Assembly (NCBI GenBank): GCA_977017645.1
Contig: OZ360227.1
Span: forward strand, 129,270,001 to 129,334,000
DNA: 64,000 nt
Origin: Torpedo marmorata
Lineage: Eukaryota
Direction: 5' to 3'
Both the position numbers and the translations under genes were made by a program. A model generated the notes under the pieces. The model was not told the origin of the DNA and made no database searches. It saw only the letters and a list, made by a program, of their open reading frames with translations. This document shows, piece by piece, positions 1-11,557 of the stretch; position 1 is the first letter of the stretch; each line of letters starts with the position of its first letter.

Positions 1-1546
1 TTTAGGTGTTAAATATAATTGATGAAAAAAATTGTATTGTACTAATCTATATCTAACATTAATAATCTTCGTAATACTTAATTTACATAATTCTTTCCAA
101 TGATTTTCATCTATTGTTACATTCAAATCTAATTCCCATTTTAATCTTGATTTATGAATTCCTACTTTAGGAATTTTCCTCTGAAACAATTTATACATTT
201 GAGAAATAAATTTATTTACATCTCCTTTAGTAACTAATAATTCTAATTCATTCTGTCTTGGTAAAATCAAAGCATAACCTAATTTCTCAGTCAGAAAAGC
301 TCTAATTTGATAATAAGCAAAAAGTGTATTATCTAATATATTAAATTTATCTTTCATCCTTTGAAAAGTAATAAATTTCCCAGCTTCAAAACAGTCATTT
401 ATTTTCTTAATTCCTTTTTGAAACCAAATTTTAAATAATTGATTATTAATAGTAAATGGAATAAGTCCATTATGATATAAAGGCATCCTTGAAGAAATCA
501 ATCCTTTTCCTCCTATTTCCTTATCCGTCTTATTCCATATTTCTAACAAATGTTTAAGAATAGGAGAATTTTTCTTTCTTGTTGATATTAATTTAGAATG
601 CCATTTATAAATAACTTCTTCTTTGGAATCTTCTCCAATATTATTTAATTCTATTTTAATCCAAGCAGAAGATTTAGTTGAATCCAAAAATTCATTAACA
701 AATTTTAATTGAGCTGCTTTATAATAATTTTGGAAATTAGGAAGTTGTAAACCACCCATTTCATAATTCCAAGTTAGTTTTTCCATACCTACTCTTGCTA
801 ACTTTCGTTTCCATAAAAATTTTCTAATAATTGAATTTAAATCTTTAAAAAAAATTTGAGGAATTTCGTAAGGAATTGATTGAAAAAGATATTGAATTCT
901 TGGGAAAACATTCATTTTAATACAATTAACTCTTCCCATTAAAGTTATAGGTAAATCTTTCCAATTTTCTAAATCCTTTTTTATTTTCACAAATAATGGT
1001 AAATAATTTAATTTATATAAATTAGCCAATTTTGTATCAATCCTTATTCCCAAATATTTAATTCCTTCCTTTGCCCATTTAAATTGTGTAATTTCTTTAC
1101 ATCTACTATAATCCCCTTGTGATAATGCCATAATTTCACTTTTATCAGAATTAATTTTATATCCAGATATTTCCCCATATTCTCTCAATAACGCAGACAA
1201 TTGTACTAAAGATGTAGTAGATTTTGTCATATATATCAATACATCATCTGCAAATAAACTAATTTTATGTTCTTCCATTCCAACTTTAATACCAACTATT
1301 TTAGGATCTTTTCTAACTAATTCTGCCAAAGGTTCTATCGCCAAAATAAATAACGCTGGTGACAAAGGACATCCTTGTCTAGTAGATCGAGTCAAAGGAA
1401 ATCTTGAACAAATTTGTCCATTTGTAACTACCTTAGCAGATGGTTCTTTATATATAGTTTTAATCCAATTAATAAATGTACTTCCAAAACCAAATTTCTC
1501 CAATACCGTAAATAAAAAATTCCACTCTAATCTATCAAAAGCCTTT
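1..1546 (-). mobile_element. L1/Tx1-clade LINE, 5'-truncated ORF2 (RT domain and downstream region), running off the left window edge
   Basis: Manual minus-strand translation from ~1545 gives KAFDRLEW...RQGCPLSPALF...KISLFADDVLIY...GYKIN...KYLGI...GRVNCIKM...GGLQLPNF...YRLVQYNFFHQLYLTPK, apparently without stops. Positions 1-135 closely match the L1 copy at 9523-9655. Confidence 0.9.
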
Positions 1547-3019
1547 ATGAAAACAATATTTTGATATGGTAATAAAAGTGCAAAATAAATTGGACAAGTT
1601 GATCATAAAGTTAAACATTTGGAGAACAAAATGGAAGGAGTACAAGAAAGAATGGAACTTATGGAAAATAATACAGATGCATGGGTTAGTGAAAAGAAAA
1701 CAGCTCTGGGATAAAAATAAACTTATTAGAAAACTTCAGTAGACAAAATAATATTAAAATTGTTGGCCTCAAAGAAGGTGAAGAAGGTGAAGATCCAATA
1801 AAGTTTTTCCAAGATTGGATCCCGCAAGTTCTGGAAATAGAAAATATGGATAAACCTATTGAAATTGAAAGAGTACATAGAGCTTTGAGATCACGCCCAC
1901 CACAAGATCAAAAACCAAGATCAATATTGATAAAATTTCTTCGCTATCAGGATAGAGAGACAATATTAACAGCAGCGGTGCGAAGAGTTAAAGCAGGGAA
2001 AGACCCACTGAAATTTGGTGGAAATAAGGTTTTGAGTTGTTGAAAAGAAGAAAAGAATTTAACAAGGTGAAGAACGACCTGTGGAAAAAAGGTTACAGAA
2101 TTTATCTACGGCATCCTGCTACTCTGAAGATTTTTGTATCACAAGGGGAAAGTACATTTTTTACAAATCATTTAAGTGCAGAAGAATACGTGAACACGTT
2201 ACCAGATAACCGATAGGTGGACGACCAGCAGGCGGAACTGTAAAAATTCATGATTAATAATGAAGTTAAAGATGGATTTATATTTGATGAACATCCGGGG
2301 GGTTGGAGGGGATATGGACTGACTACTACGGAATCATGTGTGTAATTGTGGCAGAAGCCACAACCCGTAAAATGGAGTGGGGTAGTGTTGTGTATTATTT
2401 AAGCAACATTAATAGGGGGGTCTTTTATTGTTCTATATATATATTTTTTTATTTTCTTTTTACCTGGATGGTTGAGGAGGATGCATTGTAACACGATAGA
2501 TCATAAATATAGGATTCTCGGGGAGATGCGAGGAGAGAGGTGAGGGGGAAATATCATAGAAATGAATTGAATTTATCAATGAGTAATACATTAAATCTTT
2601 TAAGTTTTATAGACCGGTGAAGAGAAAAAGAATATTGACATATATTAAGAAAATCAAAGCAGATACTCTTCCGGTCAAGATACAGAATATAATAACTGAT
2701 CCTGCAGGGAGATAAAATCGCACTAGCAGTAGCAAAAAATGTATAGCAGTAATTTGGAAATCAGACTCCCATTTGGGTATGGAACGGTGGAATACAGAAA
2801 TACGCAGCTGTATTCCACTTGAGAAGTTTACTTATAATTTAAGAAATAAATATGATGTATTTTTGAAAATTTGGCTCCTATATTTACAAATTGTAGGAAT
2901 AAATTTATAGATGTATCTCCACATCGAGTACCTCGTTAATCTCCTTGAGAGAATTAGAAAAAAAAACGTAACTAATTAGAACCGTGTGATAGGTAGCGAC
3001 TTCTTAACATCCAGGTTAC
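1547..3019 (+). mobile_element. Internally deleted L1-like element: ORF1 remnant, ORF2 N-terminus joined to ORF2 C-terminus, and start of 3' UTR
   Basis: 1846..2043 encodes an L1 ORF1-like segment (IERVHRALRSRPPQDQKPRSILIKFLRYQDRETIL). ~2579-2670 resembles the endonuclease start (VKRKRILTYIKKIKAD). ~2715-2910 matches the ORF2 C-terminus (CIAVIWKSDS...CIPLEKFTYNLRNKYDVFLKIW). No RT lies between them. Confidence 0.75.
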
Positions 3020-3269
3020 TGATAGGCCTATCAATAAGTACTCAAAGACTATGAGTGTGAACAAACCATAGGCTTTTATTACCTTAAAACTGTACAGTAG
3101 TTTCCAGCAGATCTGATCCCGGACTGAGGGAGTGACCGTGGCACAGTGGCCTTTATTCAGGTGAGGAAGGGGAGGGATTACCTGGACACCCAAGGGAGGG
3201 GAGGGAGTAGACATCGGGACAGCCTGCAGTACATACCTATACCACAATACTAAACAGTGGTTTACCACA
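3020..3269 (-). repeat. 3' LTR of Mag-type element
   Basis: Direct repeat of 7282..7531, preceded on the sense strand by the PPT. Confidence 0.97.
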
Positions 3270-3375
3270 TTCACCCCTCCTTTTTTAAAAGAGTCCAGCG
3301 GGGTGACGCGACCACTATAACTATGTTACAGAAAACATACAGTGACTATCATACAGAAAATATATACAAGCACTT

Positions 3376-6300
3376 TTACAGGTCAAGGCGATCCGGCGGT
3401 CGAATTTGCCGCTGTGACCTGCGTAGTGGCGGTGCGGGTTGTGGTGATGGGAGTAGGGTTGTCTGTGCAGTCGCCTCCTGCCTGGATTCTTGGAGTGTTT
3501 GTGGTCCCGGCGAGGGGGCTGGGTCTGACGCACTGGGCGGGGGATTAGGGGGGGGTTGCAGCAGGTGGTCTTGCCCGTCGGGATGTTCTTCCGGTGCCCC
3601 AGCGGGCGCCAGATCCCGAATCGAGACAGTGTCCTCTCGCCCATCAGGGAAGACCACATATGCATATTGTGGGTTGGCGTGCGCCAACTGCACCCTCTGG
3701 ACTGTCGGCTCATATTTGCTGCTCCGAAGGTGATTGCGGAGCAGCACGGGTCCCGGGGACGTTAGCCAGGCAGGTAGGGCGGTTCCGGTGGTCGACTTCC
3801 TGGGGAAGGAAAAAAATCGTTCATGAGGGGTTGCGTTTGTGGATGTGCACAGCAGGGACCGGATAGAGTGGAGGGCTTCGGGGAGGACATCCTGCCAGCG
3901 GGAGACCGGCCATCCCTTGGACTTGAGAGCCAGGAGCGCCCCCTTCCAGACAGTAGCGTTCTCCCTTTCCACCTGTCCATTTCCCCGGGGGTTGTATCCC
4001 GTGGTCCTGCTAGTGGCGATGCCTCGGGCCTGCAGGTACCGTCGCAGCTCCTCACTCATAAAAGCTGCTCCCCGGTCGCTATGTATATAGTTTGGGAAAC
4101 CAAACAGCGTGAATACCTGGTGGAGAGCTTTTATGGTTGAGGTAGCCGAAGTGTCGGGGCAGGGGATGGCAAAGGGGAACCGCGAGTACTCATCAATAAT
4201 ATTCAAGAAGTACACGTTGCGGTTCGTGGAGGGAAGGGGGCCCTTGAAGTCAATACTGAGACGTTCAAAAGGGCGGGTGGCTTTGATCAGCTGTGCCTTG
4301 TCGGGGCGGTAGAACTGGGGTTTGCACTCCGCGCAGACCCGGCAACTGCTGATCATTGTCCTGACCTCTTCCAGGGAGTATGGCAGGTTCTGTGACTTCA
4401 CAAAGTGAAAGAGCCTGGTAATTCCTGGGTGGCAGAAGACGTCGTGTAGGGCATGTAATCGGTCGATCTGCGCGCTGGCGCATGATCCCCGGGATAGAGC
4501 GTCGGAGGGCTCATTGAACTTCCCGGGCTGGTAAAGGATGTCGTAATTGTAGGTGGAGAGTTCTATTCTCCACCTCATGATCTTGTCGTTTTTGATCTTA
4601 CCCCGCTGCTGATTGTTGAACATAAATGCCACCGAGCGTTGGTCGGTCAGCAGGGTAAAATGCTTGCCGGCAAGATAGTGCCTCCAGTGCCTGATCGCTT
4701 CCACTATGGCCTGGGCTTCCTTCTCCACCGCGGAGTGCCGAATTTCGGGGCCTTGGAGGGTCCGTGAGAAAAACGCCACCGGCCTTCCCGCCTGGTTGAG
4801 GGTAGCAGCCAGCGCGAAGTCCGATGCGTCGCTCTCTACCTGAAAAGGTGTCTCTTCATCCACCGCGTGCATTGTTGCTCATGCAATGTCCCCTTTTATA
4901 AGTTCAAACGCCTTACATGCCTCCGAAGCAAGGGGAAAAGCGGTGGATTTCACCAGGGGTCGGGCCTTATCAGCGTAATTTGGAACCCACTGTGCATAAT
5001 AAGAAAAAAACCCGAGGCATCGTTTGAGTGCTTTGGGTGTGGAGGGAAGTGGAAGTTCCAGCAGGGGCCGCATGCGGTCGGGGTCGGGTCCAATCACCCC
5101 GTTCTCTACCACGTACCCCAAAATAGCGAGGCGGGTAGTACCAAACACACATTTTTCTTTATTGTATGTTAGGTTTAGTGCTTTGGCCGCCTGCAGGAAC
5201 CTCCGGAGGTTGTTGTCGTGGTCCTGACGATCAAGACCACAGATGATAATATCATCCAGGTACGGGAAAGTGGCCTTAAGTTTATAATGGTCCACAATCC
5301 TGTCCATCTCCCGCTGAAAAACCGATACACCATTAGTAACCCCGAAAGGAACACGGAGGAAATGGAACAGCCTACCATCTGCCTCGAACGCAGTGTACGG
5401 TCGGTCCTCCCTTCGGATAGGGAGCTGGTGATACGCGGATTTCAGGTCTATGGTGGAAAAGAACCTATATTGGGCAATCTGATTTACTATATCCGCTATT
5501 CGTGGTAGCGGATATGCGTCCAACTGCGTGAATCTATTGATAGTTTGGCTGTAATCAACCACCATCCTACTCTTGGCCCCTTTTACTACGACTACCTGGG
5601 CCCTCCAGGGACTATTACTCCTCTCAATAATCCCCTCCTGTAATAATCTCTGCACCTCCGTCTTGATAAACGCCCTGTCCCCCGCACTGTATCGCCTGCT
5701 CTTGGTTGCCACAGGCTTACAGTCAGGGGTCAGGTTGGCGAATAGCGACGGGGGCGAGATCTTAAGAGTGGAGAGGCCACAGGTAGTCTGGGGCATGTTA
5801 TTCAGGAACTGGTGGTTTGCTACAGTGATCGCAGGGAGGGGACCGTCATACCGCATCGTGACACTCCGTAAGTGGCTCTGAAAATCAAGGCCTAATAACA
5901 CTGGTGCACACAAACGATTCATAATAAACAGAGAAAATTGGCGATACTCAGTCCCTTGTACCACGATATTTGCCACACAAGCCCCCCGGATGTCTGTTGT
6001 GTGTGACCCAGACGCCATGGCCACCCTTTGGCTTACCGGTATGGTAGTGAGGCCACAGCGCTGGACAGTGTCCGGGTGGATGAAGCTCTCCGTACTGCCT
6101 GTATCGAAGAGACAGGTGGTTTTGTGACCCTCCACCAGGATGTCCATCATGGATCGCAATAACTGGTGGGGAACACTCTGGTCAAGGGTGACCGATGCAA
6201 GGGTTGAGATGTAGTCATCTTGATCTTCTGCCATTGTTAAAGATGGCCGCTCCCGTGGATCGCACGTGTCGCTGCTGCTCACGCTGTAAGATGGCGGCGG

Positions 6301-6519
6301 TAGTAATGCCGGAAGTAAAGACGCAGGCCTACTAGTGGCGGCGCCGGAAGTGCCAGCATCAAAGATGGCCGCCTCCACTCTTCGCACGAGGTCGCCGCCG
6401 GAAGTGCCAGCCTCAAAGATGGCTGCTCCCGCAGCTCGCACGCGGCGCTGCTCGGACCCGGGCGCGACTTGGAGCGGCAGGCCTTCGCGTAATGGCCTTT
6501 CTTGCCGCAGCTGGAACAA
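3376..6519 (-). pseudogene. Gypsy pol (protease, RT, RNase H, integrase) interrupted by one in-frame TGA at 4879-4881
   Basis: Motifs LFDTGS (protease), YLDD (RT), DAS...EKE...TD (RNase H), HHCC plus D,D(35)E (integrase). ORFs 4879..6519 and 3376..4872 are in the same frame: GAC ATT GCA TGA GCA ACA ATG. Confidence 0.93.
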
Positions 6520-7247
6520 GTCGCGTCGCGGGCCGGGCAGCGTTTCCTCTGGTGTTTATCAAGCCCGCAGAAGTAACACTTCTCAGGCTCGCGGTTAACG
6601 GCAGCGGCGGTGAGGATCGCGGTAGTGATCGGATCGCTACAAACGGCGGCGGCAGTCAGCTCGTTGGCAGGGCTGGGGGATGGGGCTGACCACGCTGCGG
6701 GCTGGGGGTCGTGCGCCTGCATGGCGTCGGAGTTCCGCAGCGCGGACTCCAGCGTGTGGACCATTGATACAGCCGCACGAAAGTCCAGGTCAGCGTGCTC
6801 CAGCAGTCTCTGGCGCACGTATACCGACCTGATCCCCATGATGAACGCGTCTCTCTCCAACACTCCAACGTGCTCCTCGGCCGTTAGGGCTTTACAGTCG
6901 CATGCTCGTGCTAGCGACTGTATGTCCCTGACATACTCCACGGTCGACTCCCCGGCTCGGTGCTTTCGCGAAAAGAGTCTGTACCTCGCGTAGACCGCGT
7001 TGACAGGCGTCAGGTAGATCCTTTTCAGCGCATCCATCGCCTCCGTATAGGTTCTACAGTCTCTCACCGTTGAGAATAACTGAGAGCTCACCCTGGACAC
7101 GAGGACTCTTAGTTGCTGCTCCTCGCTTTCTGCTTGGATGGTGATCATGAAGGACTCTAGACAGCGTAGCCAGTGTTCAAAGGAGTTACTGGCATCAGGA
7201 GCTAGATGATCGATGTCCAGACGGTCCGGTCTTAGAGCTCCTTCCAT
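6279..7247 (-). CDS. Gypsy Gag with two CCHC-type zinc knuckles
   Basis: 322-aa ORF containing CYFCGLDKHQRKRC and CSSCGKKGHYAKAC. The ATG lies ~35 nt from the 5' LTR, and the ORF overlaps pol in a different frame. Confidence 0.9.
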   Translation of the reverse strand: MEGALRPDRLDIDHLAPDASNSFEHWLRCLESFMITIQAESEEQQLRVLVSRVSSQLFSTVRDCRTYTEAMDALKRIYLTPVNAVYARYRLFSRKHRAGESTVEYVRDIQSLARACDCKALTAEEHVGVLERDAFIMGIRSVYVRQRLLEHADLDFRAAVSMVHTLESALRNSDAMQAHDPQPAAWSAPSPSPANELTAAAVCSDPITTAILTAAAVNREPEKCYFCGLDKHQRKRCPARDATCSSCGKKGHYAKACRSKSRPGPSSAACELREQPSLRLALPAATSCEEWRRPSLMLALPAPPLVGLRLYFRHYYRRHLTA

Positions 7248-7281
7248 CAGATTTTTTATTTTTTTATTAAGGTAATAAAAT

Positions 7282-7531
7282 TGATAGGCCTATCAATAAG
7301 TACACAAAGACTATGAGTGTGAACAAACCATAGGCTTTTATTACCTTAAAACTGTACAGTAGTTTCCAGCAGATCTGATCCCGGACTGAGGGAGTGACCA
7401 TGGCACAGTGGCCTTTATTCAGGTGAGGAAGGGGAGGGATTACCTGGACACCCAAGGGAGGGGAGGGAGTAGACATCGGGACAGCCTGTAGTACATACCT
7501 ATACCACAATACTAAACAGTGGTTTACCACA
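7282..7531 (-). repeat. 5' LTR of Mag-type element
   Basis: Direct repeat of 3020..3269. Contains AATAAA and ends in the palindrome TGATAGGCCTATCA. Confidence 0.97.
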
Positions 7532-7536
7532 GTTAC

Positions 7537-7737
7537 TTTATCTTTCTTCATACTTTTCTTTTTATTCTTTTCCTCTCTTTTCTTTCTTCCTTTCTGGGGT
7601 TTTGGTGAGGGGGAGGGGGGGCGGGATTTATACCATTATGTATAAGTAAAGTAATAATAATAATCTAATAGTTTATGTATTTTACAAATTATACATGTAT
7701 GGATGAAAATTTCTTAAATAAAATATTCCAAAAAAAG
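7537..7737 (+). mobile_element. Remainder of the L1-like 3' UTR, with G-rich tract and A-rich tail (continuation of 1547..3019)
   Basis: Resumes after the GTTAC TSD. Pyrimidine tract, GGGGAGGGGGG, then AATAAA and an A-run at ~7730. Confidence 0.65.
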
Positions 7738-7807
7738 CATCTGTTTAACATTGTTATTTTCTCACTCAGCTCAATCATTATTCATTATAATGGAGCATAC
7801 TAGTGCT

Positions 7808-7992
7808 TGTTATGTTTGTTCCTTGAAGAAGAACAACCTTGCGTGGTTTTAATGCTTAAACAACTTTATTTTTCAAGCTGCTTGAACCAACAACGCACTC
7901 GACGTCTGTTGTAGTCTACTTTTTGTACCCGCGCCAACCGCGCGCATTGCCTACTGGGAAATGTAGTTCTTTCTTACACATGCATAATAACA
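7808..7992 (-). repeat. 3' LTR of Steamer-like element
   Basis: TGTTAT...ATAACA termini; direct repeat of 15051..15235. Confidence 0.93.
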
Positions 7993-8811
7993 CATCTTTC
8001 CCCTTTTTTTAAAAAAGGAAAAAAAACACAAACACAATACTATGTCTACATTCCGTGGCCAGTCTCTTTCCACTCAGCAGCTTTCAATCAGTCTCTGAGG
8101 TGGTTTAACAGTCCTTTTTGGTCTGGTATGTGTTTCCACCAGTGTATTGCTTGCATTTGCTTCGTTAGTATTTGTCTTTCTGTGAATTCTGAAAAACATG
8201 TTCCTTTTCTACATGTGCTGGCCCCTTTTGTGTACTGACAGGTCACGACCATGGGTTGGAGATTGTGGTCGTAGATCCATGCGGTTCCTTCTTAGAGATG
8301 TCCCTCCCTCTGTCTGGATCTGGTAGGAATGTGGATCTATTTCCTCTTGCACATATCCTTGCATGGACCATGTGCCAGAAATGTGATCTCGGATTCGCAC
8401 TTGAACTCCTGGCTTCATGACTGATAGGCTTTTCGCAGTCTTATCATGATACTGTTTCTGTTTTACTTTCTCTTCCACTTTAGCCTGTTTGAGCTTGTGT
8501 GCTCCTTTAGGTATCAACAGATTTTCATGCATTGGAAGGTTGGTACGTATGCGTCGACCCATCCGCATTTGGGCAGGAGAAAGGTCATTCTGTATTGGCG
8601 CACTTCTGTAAATCATTAGACTTCTGTGGAAATCCTTTCATCCATCATGCGCTTTCTTCATGAGGCTCTTCACCACCTTGACAGAACTCTCTGCTAGGCC
8701 ATTAGACATTGGGTGATGTGGGCTTGAAGTTATATGTCGAAACCCCCCAAGTGTTGGCTAAGGACTCAAATTTACTGCTCGAAAATTGTGGATCATTGTC
8801 TGATACTACTT

Positions 8812-9655
8812 TTTTTTTTTTTTATATTTTATTTAAATTTTTAAATCACAAAATACATAAAATAATTTTATATATATTTAAAAATACATGTGATATACAT
8901 TTTCTCCCCCCCTTCCCACCCTCCCCTCCCTAACCCCTATATCCCCACTACTCTAAAAATAAAATATAGTAAAAGAAAAAAAGAAAAAGGAAAGATAGAA
9001 AAATAGAGTGAGGAGATAACAAACTTCAAACTAATTTACCATAGAGGTTATTTTCGCCAGTGGATCCGATATCTAGAGAATTTAAATTGTTAAACCCATA
9101 ATTCTCATGTATGGGCCCCAAATTTTCAAGAAAAAATGATATTTATTTCGCAAATTGTAAGTAATTTTTTCTAATGGTATACATGAACGTAACTCTGCAT
9201 GCCATCGTTCTAAATTTAAATCCACATCTGACTTCCAAGTAATAGCTGTACACTTTTTCGAAACTGCTAATACTATACGTAAAAATTCTACTTGGTACAT
9301 ATTTAATCTATTTCTAATACTAAATTTTTTAATATCTCCAAATAAAAATAACATAGGATCAATTGTAAACCCAACATTAAAAATTCTCTCTAAAAAATTC
9401 TTAACTTTCAACCAAAAATCTTGAATTTTTGAACATAACCATGTACAATGTACAAAAGAACCTATTTCGCTTTTACATCTAAAACACATATCTGATAACG
9501 CTGGATTAAATTTCTTCAATTTTTTAGGTGTTAAATATAATTGATGAAAAAAATTATATTGTACTAATCTATATCTAACATTAATAACTTTAGTCATACT
9601 TAATTTACATAAGTCTTTCCAATGATTTTCATCTATATTAACATTTAAGTCTAAT
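8812..9655 (-). mobile_element. 5'-truncated L1/Tx1 LINE (ORF2 C-terminal Cys-rich region, 3' UTR, poly-A) inserted in the Gypsy integrase
   Basis: ORF 9082..9597 with CFRC...HCTWLC. Poly-T at ~8812-8823. 11-bp TSD TGATACTACTT (8801-8811 / 9656-9666). Confidence 0.92.
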
Positions 9656-9954
9656 TGATACTACTTCACAAGGAACTCCATACCTCACAAACACACTTTT
9701 CATGAAAGTGGTTACTGCTTTGCTGGATGTTGACTGCAGTGTTGCTACCTCTGGGTAATTGGAAAAATAGTCTGTTACTACTATATGACTCTTCCCATTA
9801 CAGTCAAACAAATCTACTCCAACTTTGAAGTACGGCCTGTCTGGTACAGGGTGTGGTGCAAAGCTTGCTGCTTTGGTCTATAGGTAAGGCATATTTTTCA
9901 TGAAGCTGTGGTCTGGCTTATGACTTGGTTCATTCTTGGCCAGTACATCACCTC

Positions 9955-11557
9955 TCAGAATCAGAATCAGAATTTATTGTCATGAACAAGTCATGAAATT
10001 CGGTGTTTTGCAGCAGCATCATAGTGCAATTAACATTCATATTAACCATCTAACGACATTACTATAAAAAATTATGAACAATAGTGCACGAAAAGTAAGG
10101 CAGTGTCTTTGGTTCATTGATTATTCAGGAATCTGATGGCAGCGGGGAAGAAGCTGTCCTTGTGCCGTTGAGTGCTCGTCTTTAGGCTCCTGTACCTTTT
10201 TCCCGATGGAAGCAGAGTGAAGAGGGCATGGCCTGGGTGGTGGGGGTCTTTGAGGATAGAGGCTGCTTTATTAAGACACTGCCTCATGTAGATGTCCTCG
10301 ATGGAGTGAGGTTTGGTGCCTGTGATGTCACAGGCCGAGTTAACAACCCTCTGGAGTTTTCTCTTGTCCTGGGAGTTGGCGCCTCCATACCAGGCAGTGA
10401 TGCAACCAGCCAGAATGCTCTCCACGGTACCCCTGTAGAAGTTTACGAGAGTCTTTGGTGACATGCCGAATCTCCGCAAACACCTCACAAAGTATAGCCG
10501 CTGACGAGCCTTCTTTGTGATTGCATCCACGTGGATGCTCCAGGACAGATCCTCGGAGATGTTGACACCCAGGAATTTGAAGTTCTTGACCCTCTCCACG
10601 ACTGAGCCCTTGATGAGGACTGGACCGTGTTCCCCTGACTTCCTCCTAAAGTCCACAATCATCTCCTTGGTTTTGCTGACGTTAAGCTCAAGGTTGTCGC
10701 CATTACACCATTCAACGAGCTGATCTATCTCCCTCCTGTACGCTTCCTCATTGCCGTTTGTGATTCTGCCGACAACTGTGGTGTCATCGGCAAACTTGTA
10801 TATGGCATTGGAATTGTGCCTGGCCACACAGTCATGAGTGTATAACGAGTAGAGCAGTGGACTAAGCACGCATCCTTGGGGTGCGCCTGTGTTGATAATC
10901 AGTGAGGAGGAGACGTTGTTTCCAATTCGTACTGACTGTGGTCTTCCGATGAGAAAGTCAAGGATCCAGTTTCAGAGTGGGGTACAGAGGCCTAGAGTTT
11001 GTAGCTTCTTGACCAGCACTGAGGGAATAATGGTATTGAAGGCCGAGCTGTAGTCGATGAAGAGCAACCATATGTATGAATTGCTGTTTTCGAGGTGGTC
11101 CAGAGCTGAGTGGAGAGCCAGCGATATTGCATCTGCTGTGGAGCGATTGTGGCGATAGGCGAATTGCAGTGGGTCCAGATCTTTGCTTAGGTATGTGTTA
11201 ATTCTGGCCATGACCAGCCTCTCAAAGCATTTCATCATAGTAGTAGTTAGTGTTACTGGGCGGTAGTCGTTGAGGCAGCTCACACTACTCTTCTTGGGTA
11301 CTGGGATGATTGATGCCCTTTTGAAGCAAGTGGGAACCTCTGACTGCCGCAATGAGAGGTTGAAAATGTCCGTGAACACTCCGGCTAGTTGGTTGGCGCA
11401 GATTTTCAATACCCTGCCAGGTACGCCGTCAGGGCATGACGCCTTGCGAGGGTTCACCCTCTTGAATGATGTTCTGACGTGGCCCTCAGAGACAGATATC
11501 ACAGGGTCCTCAGCCTTTTCAGGGATTCTAGTAGGCACTGTTTTGTTCTTCTTCTCA
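9955..11557 (-). mobile_element. Rex1/Babar-type LINE, 5'-truncated, inserted in Gypsy pol
   Basis: RT ORFs 10972..11538 and 10114..10869 ([45 protein letters not shown]). (ATTCTG)n 3' tail. It splits the host motif EKCK..A/REVMYWP. Confidence 0.88.

Larger units (their letters stand above)
3020..7531 (-). mobile_element. Full-length Ty3/Gypsy (Mag-type) LTR retrotransposon, recent insertion
   Basis: 250-bp LTRs (TG...CA) differing at 3 positions. 5-bp TSD GTTAC (3015-3019 / 7532-7536). Polypurine tract (PPT) AAAAAAGGAGGGGTGAA next to the 3' LTR. Domain order gag-PR-RT-RH-IN. Confidence 0.97.

Noticed and set aside
1-3019. Single L1 with a twin-priming inversion
   Set aside because: The + strand part has its own ORF2 C-terminus and 3' tail and is more decayed than the open minus-strand ORF2, so two separate insertions fit better.
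2972-7551. Near-identical ORFs 2972..3274 and 7267..7551 resembling a duplicated small gene
   Set aside because: They are chance translations of the two LTRs.
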